DNA from: an uncultured Myxococcales bacterium
GTDB taxonomy: Bacteria > Myxococcota_A > UBA9042
Reading direction: 5' to 3'
NCBI GenBank assembly: GCA_903924465.1
Contig: CAIYBN010000056.1
Span: 1,291 to 65,290 of the forward strand
Length of the DNA stretch: 64,000 bases
Below the pieces are notes generated by a model that saw only the letters and a list, made by a program, of their open reading frames with translations, was not told the origin of the DNA and ran no database searches. Made by a program: the position numbers and the translations under genes. Of the stretch, positions 39,658 to 47,644 are shown in pieces; the first letter of the stretch is position 1, and the number at the start of each line of letters is the position of its first letter.

Positions 39658-41949
39658 TCAGTCGCCAAAGCGCGCGCGTGCCTCGTCTTTCCACTCATCC
39701 GGCCAGTAGTAGAATCCTTCGCAGGCGATCGAGAAGAAGCAGGTCTCGCACGCCTTTTCGTGACGTCGCCGCGATTGCAGGTAGTCGAACAGGTTCACGT
39801 CGTCCATGGTCACAAACACCATGTCACGTTCCATCTTGCCGATGTCGCTGAGGCAATAGTCCTCGTACCCCGGCATGTAGCACAGCGGCAGGTTGATCAC
39901 CTGGAACTTGATGCGATCGCCAAAATCGTCAATCAGCTTCATCACCAGCGGCGCCACTTCCGCCGGATCCGGCTGGCACTCCGCGCTGGCTTTGCCAAAC
40001 GGCGTCAGGAACTGCACGTTGCACAGCTTCACGCCCAGCTTCACCAGCAGCTCGCCGTACTCCATCAGCACCGGCGAATTGACCTTGGTCAGCGTCACAT
40101 TCACGCCAAAATCGATGCCCAGCTTCTCGCACAGCGGCCGGCAATTCCGGATGCCATCGACGGTCTGGCGAAACGCGCCTTTGGCCTGGACATTCTCCTC
40201 GTGCACCGCCTCGTTCGGCCCGTGCAGGGAAATCAGCAGGCTGGTGATGCCCGACTTGACGATCTTCTCGGCGTTGCGCGGCAGGCTCATCATCCGGCCG
40301 TTGCTGGTCAGGTTGATCGCCTGGAACTGCAAGTCCTTGGCCGCGCTGATGAGCTTCTGCAAGTTCGGATTGGTCGTCGGCTCGCCGCCGTCAAAATCGC
40401 ACAGGTCGTAGCCCTTGGCACGCCGGTCCTTCAGGAATGCGATTTGCTGGTCCAGCTCGCCGTGCCAGTCGCTGCGGTTGCCCGTGGCGCAGAACACGCA
40501 CTGGTTGTTGCAGACATACGTCGTGTTCATGATGACTTTGCGCGGCTTCCACGCCGACGCCTTGGTCTCCAGCACGCGCTTGGCCGCCCACAGCTCGCCC
40601 GGCGTCCAATCCGGCCCGGTCAGCACCGGCTTGCCCTGGAACAGCGGGCCGATATCGCGGTCCTCGCGCGTCGTCCACAGCTTGTCGTTGGTCGCGGTCT
40701 TGTGCAGCTCCGTGCCCTTGATCGGCGTCGCAAACTGCACCAGCGGCTGAGCGTCAAAGTCTTCGCACAGCTGCCACGCGGTCTTCAGCGTGTTCAGGAT
40801 TTCGACCCGCGTCTCCGTCGGCTGGCCGATCATCCAGTGCACCACCAAGCGCAGCCCATGCTGCTGGCACCACTGCGCCACGCGCTGCGTCGCCGCCAGA
40901 TCGAACTTCTTGCCGATCACGTCATTGGCGATGCGGTCGTTGGCCGACTCTGCGGAAATCGACAGCACCGGCACGCGCTGCGCCATGCGGATGATCTGGC
41001 TCTCCGTCACGCGATCCGCGCGCATGCCGTTGGGAAAATCCAGGCCGAGGTCGAATTCTTCCGCGACATCCAGCAGCGCGTCAAAATGGCTGGTCGTCAC
41101 GTTGACCAGTTCATCCAGCACCACCCAGCGGTCGATGCCATAGGTCGTCTTGAGCAACTCCGCGTGCTTGCGCAGCCACTCCTTGCCGTGGCGCCGGTAT
41201 GGCTTGCCCTCCAAGCCAGCGCGCTGCCACGGGTTGGACGTGCAGAAATTGCAGCGGTAGACGCAGCCGCGCGACGTCTTGACGGCGATGACCGGCGGCG
41301 CCGAGGAGAAGATCTCGTTCTTGTGCCGGCTGGCCGAGACGCGGCCCATGAACTTCTGGAACGCTGCGATGTCGACCAGGTCGTACGCCGGCAGCGGCAA
41401 CGCGTCCAAATCCTCGACCTGAGGCGCGCCGCGGGTGATGCGATCCACCGGCTTGCCGCCCGCCGCCAGCGTCGCAACCAGCTGCGTCAACTGCCCTTCT
41501 GCCTCGTACTGCTGGCCCCACGGAATGCCGACTTCGTCGAGATCGCGCTCATCCCATTCGATGAAATGCATCCCGCCGACGTCGCAATCCGCCAGCACCA
41601 CTGGCACGTGCGGCCAGCGCTCCGCCAGGTGCGCCACGAGCCGCTTGAGCTCCGCGCTCGCCGCCCGCGCGCGCTGCCACGGCGAATTGCCCAGCACCAC
41701 GACGTCCGGCGCTTGTTGTGGCAGCCGGCCGATCAGCGTCGAGATCGGCACGCCGAGGCGCAGGAATTCCTTGTTCTCGTGGATGAGGTTCGACGTCGGC
41801 AGGCAAAACGCGTCGAGCACCGTCACCGCATGACCGTCCACGCGCAGCTGCGCGGCGGCCTGCCAGAGCCCCAGGCTGGCAAAAGTCGGATAGTCGATGT
41901 ACGCCGCATGCAGCAAAAGGGGCGGCTGAATCAACAGGACGTGGGCCAA
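39658..41949 (-). CDS. B12-binding-type domain plus two radical SAM domains (second one HxsC-like)
   Basis: VLLIQPP...SLGL N-terminus, DLDALPLPAYDL, SRGCVYRCNFC; second CNNQCVFC, GGEPT, SLHG, C-terminal CETCFFSIACEG. Confidence 0.88.
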   Translation of the reverse strand: MAHVLLIQPPLLLHAAYIDYPTFASLGLWQAAAQLRVDGHAVTVLDAFCLPTSNLIHENKEFLRLGVPISTLIGRLPQQAPDVVVLGNSPWQRARAASAELKRLVAHLAERWPHVPVVLADCDVGGMHFIEWDERDLDEVGIPWGQQYEAEGQLTQLVATLAAGGKPVDRITRGAPQVEDLDALPLPAYDLVDIAAFQKFMGRVSASRHKNEIFSSAPPVIAVKTSRGCVYRCNFCTSNPWQRAGLEGKPYRRHGKEWLRKHAELLKTTYGIDRWVVLDELVNVTTSHFDALLDVAEEFDLGLDFPNGMRADRVTESQIIRMAQRVPVLSISAESANDRIANDVIGKKFDLAATQRVAQWCQQHGLRLVVHWMIGQPTETRVEILNTLKTAWQLCEDFDAQPLVQFATPIKGTELHKTATNDKLWTTREDRDIGPLFQGKPVLTGPDWTPGELWAAKRVLETKASAWKPRKVIMNTTYVCNNQCVFCATGNRSDWHGELDQQIAFLKDRRAKGYDLCDFDGGEPTTNPNLQKLISAAKDLQFQAINLTSNGRMMSLPRNAEKIVKSGITSLLISLHGPNEAVHEENVQAKGAFRQTVDGIRNCRPLCEKLGIDFGVNVTLTKVNSPVLMEYGELLVKLGVKLCNVQFLTPFGKASAECQPDPAEVAPLVMKLIDDFGDRIKFQVINLPLCYMPGYEDYCLSDIGKMERDMVFVTMDDVNLFDYLQSRRRHEKACETCFFSIACEGFYYWPDEWKDEARARFGD

Positions 41950-42142
41950 GTTCGCCTCGGGAATCTGGTTTTCACCTCAGCGCAACCTGCAAATCAGGCC
42001 AACGCTGCTCGGTCAGTATCGGTTGGCCGGTCCGCATCGGCAAGCCACGTCCGGCAAGCCCATGTGCGTGTGGGGATTTTTTGCCCAGACTTGTGTGCTA
42101 TCCCTGCCGCACCTACGCTGTCGGCGGGGGGAAAAGGTCGAG

Positions 42143-45100
42143 ATGCGTCGTTGCTGGATTCTGTTCCTGTTAACCGTGCTGGCGGTGCCGTCGTCTGCGC
42201 TCGCGTGGAGCGCCCGCAAGGTCGCGAAGCCCGTGGCGCATCACGCCAGCCATCACGGCGGCAAGACGCATGCGGCAGCTGCCAAGCACGTGCCGCCGAT
42301 CGACGTGCTGGTCGATGGCAAGCTGGTCGTCAAGCCCAAGGTTGCGCTGGCGGTGCTGAAGCGCCACGTGGCGGCGCGGGAGATGGCCGACGCGGTGCGG
42401 ATTGCTGAAGCGCTGGTGGAGCTGCCCAAAGTCGCGAAGCCGATCCTTGCAGACGCCGCAGCGGCCTTGGGCGCTGGCAATGATTACCCCGTGCAACTGC
42501 GGATATGGCGACGGCTGGCGAAGACCGGACATGGCCACGAGACCTTCTCCGAAGGCTATCTGGACGCTTTGCTGGCGGCCGGCGATGTGGCCAAAGCGCG
42601 GGAATTGCTGAATGCGGCGCTGAACCGCCTGCCCGTGGGCAAGCGCCGTGCGGTGCTGGAACGCCTGGTCGTGGTGTCCAAGCTGGATGGCACGGCCGGT
42701 GAGACGATCGACCAACTGCGGGCGCTGCGCGATCCCGACGCCGCGGTGCTCGCCGCACAGCTGCTGGAAGAACAAGGCGACTCGGATCTCGCCGCCGACG
42801 AACTGGCACTGGCGTGGCAGCGCTTTCCGGGGCATCGGGCGCTCCAGGCGGCGTATCAGGCGCTGCTGGTGCGGCTGGGACGGCGCGAGGAGCTGGCGAA
42901 GATCGTCGCGGAAGTGGTGCGGCTGGCGCCCGCGGACCCGATGCCGTGGCTGAGCGTGCTGGATGCGCACATCGCCGCGCGGGACATCGAGGCGGCGCGC
43001 AACCTCATCGACGAGCTGGCGCGCAAGCATCCCAAGCACGACGTGCTGCTGGAGGCGCTGATCGACCGCGAGCAGCGGATCGGCGATGCGCCCAAGCGCG
43101 TGGAGGCGCTGTACGAACAGCTGCTGACGGCTGCGCCCCGCGAGCCGCAGTACATCGAGGCTTACGCCGAATGGCTGCTGTCGCGCGCAGATGGCCAGAC
43201 GAATCGCTCCGACGAACCGGTCCTCGCTCTCCTGGCGCGTCTGCAAAAACCGCCTGCGGACGAGTGGGCGGGCCTGACCAAGTCGGCAGCGATCCTGATG
43301 AACCACAACCGTTTTGTCGCGGCACGCAAGCTCGTGCAAACGCTGAGCGCCAAGCGGCCGGGCGATCCGCGCGCCACGCGGCTGCTGGCGCTGCTGGACG
43401 AGCGCGAGGGCCATCCGCAAGACGCGATTGGCCACTGGCTGGAGCTGACCCACTTGCCGGATGCGCCGGATCTGGCGGATCGCCAGCGGGCGGTGGAAGC
43501 GCGCCTTTCGCTGTCGGCGCTGCTGCGGCGGACGTCACAGCTCGCCGAGACGGCGGCCGGGCTGCGGGCGAAGATCGACACCGGCAAGGCGACGCGTGCC
43601 GAGGTGCTGCTGTGGCTGGATCTGCAGACGCAGCTCGACGATGGCCGCGATGCCTTGAGCGACGCGGACTGGCAAAAGACCGCGGAACACGGGCGCTTGG
43701 CCTATACCGATGACGATGAAATCGCGCTGGCGGTGGCGACCGGGCTGCTGAACCGCGGCAAGCTCAGCGACGCGCTGCCCGCGGTGGAGCAGCTGGCGAA
43801 GCGCGATCGCGACGCGGCGACGCCGTTGGTCGCGCAAGCCGTGGAGATGGCGCTGGCGCACGGCGAGCCGGCGACGGCCAAGCGGCTGGAAGGGCTGCTG
43901 CTGACGGGCGACGAGACGCCGCAGACGTCGGTGCTGATGCGCCTGGGCGACCTGCACCTGCGGCTGGGTGACAATGCCGGGGCGACTGCGCTGTTCCGCC
44001 AATCGGCACAGCAGAATACCCGCGACACGCGGGCGGCCGGTCGGCTGGCGACGCTCTTTCGCCTCGCCGGCGCGGTGGACGACGAGGACAAGGCACTGCG
44101 CGACATCGTGGCGCGGGCGACGGACAGCGATGAGATCGACGCGGCCGGGCAACGCCTGCTGGCCGTGGCGCTGGGGGCGGGGCGCCTGGGCGAGCTGGTG
44201 CGGTGGCTCGACACGATCGTGCCGCAGCACGCCCGGCGTGAGCTGGTCGAGCGCCTGCGGATGAATGGCTACGACCTGTGGCTGCGCACCCTGCCGCTGG
44301 AACATGCCCTGGGCCATTCCGGCCCCGAGCCGATGGCCTCCGGCGTCGGCGATGCGCTGTCCAGCGGCGATCTGGCGCTGCAGGTCAAGGCGCTGCGCCA
44401 GCTGGCGGAGCTGCATCGGAGCATCCCACTGGCAACTGCCCAGCAGCTGCTGGCCGCGCCGAATCCTGCCTTGCGCCGCGATGTGACGCTGCTGCTCGGC
44501 GCGTCGGGCTCCGAGGAGGCGACGAAGCTGATTGTGGCGGTGATGGATGGCCACGACGTGCACGTGAACGGCGGCATGGATCCGGATGAGGAGGTGCGCA
44601 ACGCGCAGTTGGCCGCGCTGGTGCAACTGCCGCCGGTGCCTGGCGTGGAACGACCGCTCGACGAGTTCATTCGCCGCGGCGAGATGCTGGCACTACTGGC
44701 GCTCGGCAAGCTGGCCGGGCCGAATCCGGCGCTGGCACGACTGAGCGACGTGCTGGTGGCGAGCCGCCGCGACGCGACGCCCTATGCCCTGGTGGCGCTG
44801 GGGACGCTGGCGGGCCGTTCCGGTGAGGAGCCGAGCGCGCGCGATGCGGTCGACAAGCTGCTGCTGTTCAGTCCGGTGCGCGGTGGGACCGGTGACTTGC
44901 CGCGTCAAGTCGCGGCGCTCTGGGCGTTGGCGGCCGCCGGGCAGATGCGCGCGACCATGGAGGTCTGGAAAGCCGCGCTGGAGTCCCCCGAGCGTCCGCT
45001 CCGACACATGGCCGTGCGCCTGCTGGTGGCGGCGGAGCGGCCCACTTTGGTGGTGCCGGAGCTGCGGCCAGCGGATGGGGATACCGGCCGCGATTTGAAG

Positions 45101-45334
45101 AACCGCATCCTCCGCGCCACGCTGCTGCCCTGGCTGACGGAAGATGACGCCGCGCTGGCCAAGGCCCTGTCTCTGCTGGATGACGAGTTGGCACGCTCGG
45201 CGCAGGCCCGGCTGGCTGAGGGCGCGGGCGAGGTGTGGCAGCGCGCGTGGTGTGCGACCTGGCAGACGGCGGATGGCACGCAAGCGGCCGGTCCACACGT
45301 GCGGCAGTTCTGCGCGGTCAAGCCACGCGAGTGA
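42143..45334 (+). CDS. Exported TPR/HEAT-repeat protein
   Basis: Signal peptide, His-rich N-terminal segment, TPR-like (LAPADP, RLGDLHLRLGD) then HEAT-like repeats. Confidence 0.75.
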   Translation: MRRCWILFLLTVLAVPSSALAWSARKVAKPVAHHASHHGGKTHAAAAKHVPPIDVLVDGKLVVKPKVALAVLKRHVAAREMADAVRIAEALVELPKVAKPILADAAAALGAGNDYPVQLRIWRRLAKTGHGHETFSEGYLDALLAAGDVAKARELLNAALNRLPVGKRRAVLERLVVVSKLDGTAGETIDQLRALRDPDAAVLAAQLLEEQGDSDLAADELALAWQRFPGHRALQAAYQALLVRLGRREELAKIVAEVVRLAPADPMPWLSVLDAHIAARDIEAARNLIDELARKHPKHDVLLEALIDREQRIGDAPKRVEALYEQLLTAAPREPQYIEAYAEWLLSRADGQTNRSDEPVLALLARLQKPPADEWAGLTKSAAILMNHNRFVAARKLVQTLSAKRPGDPRATRLLALLDEREGHPQDAIGHWLELTHLPDAPDLADRQRAVEARLSLSALLRRTSQLAETAAGLRAKIDTGKATRAEVLLWLDLQTQLDDGRDALSDADWQKTAEHGRLAYTDDDEIALAVATGLLNRGKLSDALPAVEQLAKRDRDAATPLVAQAVEMALAHGEPATAKRLEGLLLTGDETPQTSVLMRLGDLHLRLGDNAGATALFRQSAQQNTRDTRAAGRLATLFRLAGAVDDEDKALRDIVARATDSDEIDAAGQRLLAVALGAGRLGELVRWLDTIVPQHARRELVERLRMNGYDLWLRTLPLEHALGHSGPEPMASGVGDALSSGDLALQVKALRQLAELHRSIPLATAQQLLAAPNPALRRDVTLLLGASGSEEATKLIVAVMDGHDVHVNGGMDPDEEVRNAQLAALVQLPPVPGVERPLDEFIRRGEMLALLALGKLAGPNPALARLSDVLVASRRDATPYALVALGTLAGRSGEEPSARDAVDKLLLFSPVRGGTGDLPRQVAALWALAAAGQMRATMEVWKAALESPERPLRHMAVRLLVAAERPTLVVPELRPADGDTGRDLKNRILRATLLPWLTEDDAALAKALSLLDDELARSAQARLAEGAGEVWQRAWCATWQTADGTQAAGPHVRQFCAVKPRE

Positions 45335-46235
45335 GGGCAACCGCCACTTGTGCCGCCAGCGCGGCATTGTTCAGCACCAGCGCGATGTTCGCCGCCAGGC
45401 TATCGCCGCCGGTGCTCTGGTTGAGCCAGGCCAGCAGGAACGGCGTCACCGCCTTGCCGGTCACCCCCTGTGCCTTGACCGCCGCAAGCGCTTCCTCTGT
45501 CGCCGCATCGACCACCGCGCGCGCCATGGCCCACGCCTCGGGAGTCGGGTTGGCCACCACCACGCCGCCGTGACCCAGGGCCCAGCGCGCCCGCAGGATC
45601 GCCGCCACCTGCTCGGGCGTCTCGCAGCGCGTGTCCACGGGCAGGCCGCTGTCGCGGGTCAGGAACGCCGGGAACGCATCCGTCCGGTAACCCAGCACCG
45701 GCACGCCGTGGGTCTCCAGGTACTCCAAGGTCAGCGCCAGATCGAGAATCGACTTCGCGCCGGCACAGACCACCGCCACCGGCGTGTGCGCCAGCTCCGG
45801 CAGGTCGGCCGAGATGTCCATCGTCGCCGCGGCGCCGCGGTGCACGCCGCCGATGCCACCTGTCGCAAACACGCGAATGCCCGCCAAGGCTGCGATGACC
45901 ATCGTGCCGGCGACCGTCGTCGCGCCCGTGCCGCCGTTGGCCAGTAGGATGGGCAGATCGCGGCGGCTGGCCTTGGTCACCCGCGGTCCGGCTTGGCCCA
46001 GGGTCTCGATTTCCGCGGCGGAGAGCCCGGCTTTCAGGCGGCCGTTGAGCACGGCGATGGTTGCGGGAATGGCGCCGTGGGCGCGGACTTCTGCCTCGAC
46101 CCGCAGGGCTGTCTGCACATTTTGTGGGTACGGCATGCCGTGGGAGATGATCGTCGATTCCAGTGCTACGACTGGGGCGTGGGACGCGAGGGCCTGGGCA
46201 ACCTCCGGTTGGATGTCGAGGGGGCTATGCGACAT
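45318..46235 (-). CDS. psuG: Pseudouridine-5'-phosphate glycosidase
   Basis: PVVALESTIISHGMPYP, GATTVA, FATGGIGGVHRG, KSILD, GKAVTPFLL. Confidence 0.95.
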   Translation of the reverse strand: MSHSPLDIQPEVAQALASHAPVVALESTIISHGMPYPQNVQTALRVEAEVRAHGAIPATIAVLNGRLKAGLSAAEIETLGQAGPRVTKASRRDLPILLANGGTGATTVAGTMVIAALAGIRVFATGGIGGVHRGAAATMDISADLPELAHTPVAVVCAGAKSILDLALTLEYLETHGVPVLGYRTDAFPAFLTRDSGLPVDTRCETPEQVAAILRARWALGHGGVVVANPTPEAWAMARAVVDAATEEALAAVKAQGVTGKAVTPFLLAWLNQSTGGDSLAANIALVLNNAALAAQVAVALTRVA

Positions 46236-46278
46236 AGTGGTCTTCATTTTGCGGAACCGGCGCCGCGGGCGCGCCGGA

Positions 46279-46440
46279 TCTGAGGGAAACCGTTCCGGTT
46301 TCCCTCAGACTCCCTTCCCCTTTTCGGGCGTGGAAGTTCCGAGAGGTGGGGTCGGCGTGGGGCCCCCGAGCTTTTGCCGAAGCTTTGCTTCGGCAAATCG
46401 GGACCCACGCCTCGGCCGAGATGGGGAGGAAGGGGCAGCG
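46279..46440. repeat. Structured intergenic element with several long hairpins (REP/MITE-like or ncRNA)
   Basis: 14-bp perfect stem 46279-46309; 11-bp stem 46373-46397 nested in GGCGTGGG/CCCACGCC (46354-46411). Confidence 0.7.
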
Positions 46441-46536
46441 CGCTTGGGAAGGGGCTGGCGTGCGGGCAGGTGTTGAGGGCAACTGGGTCGCGGGGCATGG
46501 CTCGGTGCATGGGGGCGACCTTCTTGGGGCGGTGTG

Positions 46537-46775
46537 GTGGGGCTCTGGCGGCTGCTTTGCGGGCACTTATGCCTATGGGGTGACTATCCTGCAAGTGCGG
46601 GATGGGCACAACAGCCGATTCAGTGACCATCTTGCAGTTGCGGGATAGGCACTCATGCCGACTCAGTGCCCATAAAGCAGTTGCAGGATGGTCACTCATG
46701 CCGACTCAGTGCCTATCATGCAATTGCGGGATGGGCACCCATGCCGACCAAGTGGCTATCTTGCAGCTGCGATCA
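46537..46775. repeat. Degenerate 43-bp tandem array of 30-bp spaced palindromes
   Basis: Units start at 46561, 46604, 46647, 46690, 46733; palindrome GTG-N3-AT-N3-GCA-N2-TGC-N3-AT-N3-CAC; degenerate extra copy at 46537. Confidence 0.9.
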
Positions 46776-47459
46776 GGTCTCCGACTCGGGCGGGGTGGTT
46801 GGATCCGCGGCTGTGGGCTTGCTCTTGGGCGTGCTGCGTGCCGGGGCGAGCGCTGCGCGGACCAGATCGCTGCGGCCGGGGAACTTGGTGAGGATGCCGA
46901 GTTCGGTCGTCGCGGTCAGTTTGTCCAGCGCCGTGACTTGCGCGGAGCGGGCAATATCCAGCACCAGGGAAGCTTGTTGCGCGGCGCTGCGATCCGCTTC
47001 TACGGCACTCAGGGCTTCCGTCGCGGTTTTCAGCGCCGCCAAACACTTCACCAGCTCCGGGTGCGCCAGCGCTGCACCCTTGGCGGCGATGACAGCGGCT
47101 GCGGCAATCGCGCGCACGGGGCCCAGGGTGCGGAGTACAGCGGCCCGCAGCGGCGTGAACAAGGACGCGTACGGGTCCTTGCGCACGTTCTTGCCCGCCG
47201 CAAGCAGCGCCCGGCCCGAGAGATCCCCCACCACCACGCCCCATTCCACCGAGCTGACCGCAACCTTGCGCTGCGCACCCAGCAGCTTCCACCGCGTCTC
47301 GTCGCGCGTCTGCCGCGCCGCAAGCAGGTCCTTGCGCAGCTTGTGCCACGGCGCCGCCAGCGGCGCGAGGCTGGGTGTGGCTTCCAACCCGGCGATGACG
47401 CCGGAGACGTGGTCGATTAGCGAATCCAGGGATGCTTCTGGGGCAAATGCGTAGCTCAT
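46773..47459 (-). CDS. Uncharacterised alpha-helical / coiled-coil protein (228 aa)
   Basis: GAGGT RBS; Ala/Leu-rich amphipathic helices; DPYASLF motif; basic Pro-rich tail. Confidence 0.75.
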   Translation of the reverse strand: MSYAFAPEASLDSLIDHVSGVIAGLEATPSLAPLAAPWHKLRKDLLAARQTRDETRWKLLGAQRKVAVSSVEWGVVVGDLSGRALLAAGKNVRKDPYASLFTPLRAAVLRTLGPVRAIAAAAVIAAKGAALAHPELVKCLAALKTATEALSAVEADRSAAQQASLVLDIARSAQVTALDKLTATTELGILTKFPGRSDLVRAALAPARSTPKSKPTAADPTTPPESET

Positions 47460-47531
47460 CGATGACCTCGCAGGTAGCGAAAAGTAGGAACAACGGGCCC
47501 GGAAGTCGGGTAACCGATAGGAACGGGTGAA

Positions 47532-47560
47532 AAGTTGCCGCGGGTTTGGGGGGATGTCAA
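47532..47560 (-). promoter_or_regulatory. Possible sigma70 promoter for the helical-protein gene
   Basis: TTGACA (47560-47555), 17-nt spacer, weak -10 CAACTT. Confidence 0.3.
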
Positions 47561-47644
47561 GAGGGCGGCGGGCGGGGAATTGTGACTTTTTGGGGACGGC
47601 TGGTCGAGGCCTCTTGTGCACTCACGATGCCCAGCCGCGTCGCG

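Noticed and set aside
46537-46775. CRISPR array or TIGR array
   Set aside because: No identical repeats with unique spacers; variation is scattered in 2-6-nt patches. No cas gene is in the window, and I see no Nop-domain signature in the adjacent protein.
46244-47454. ORFs crossing the array (46244-46699, 46602-47420, 46666-47454)
   Set aside because: The 43-nt period cycles through reading frames, the translations are unnatural, and two are antisense to the better gene 46773-47459.
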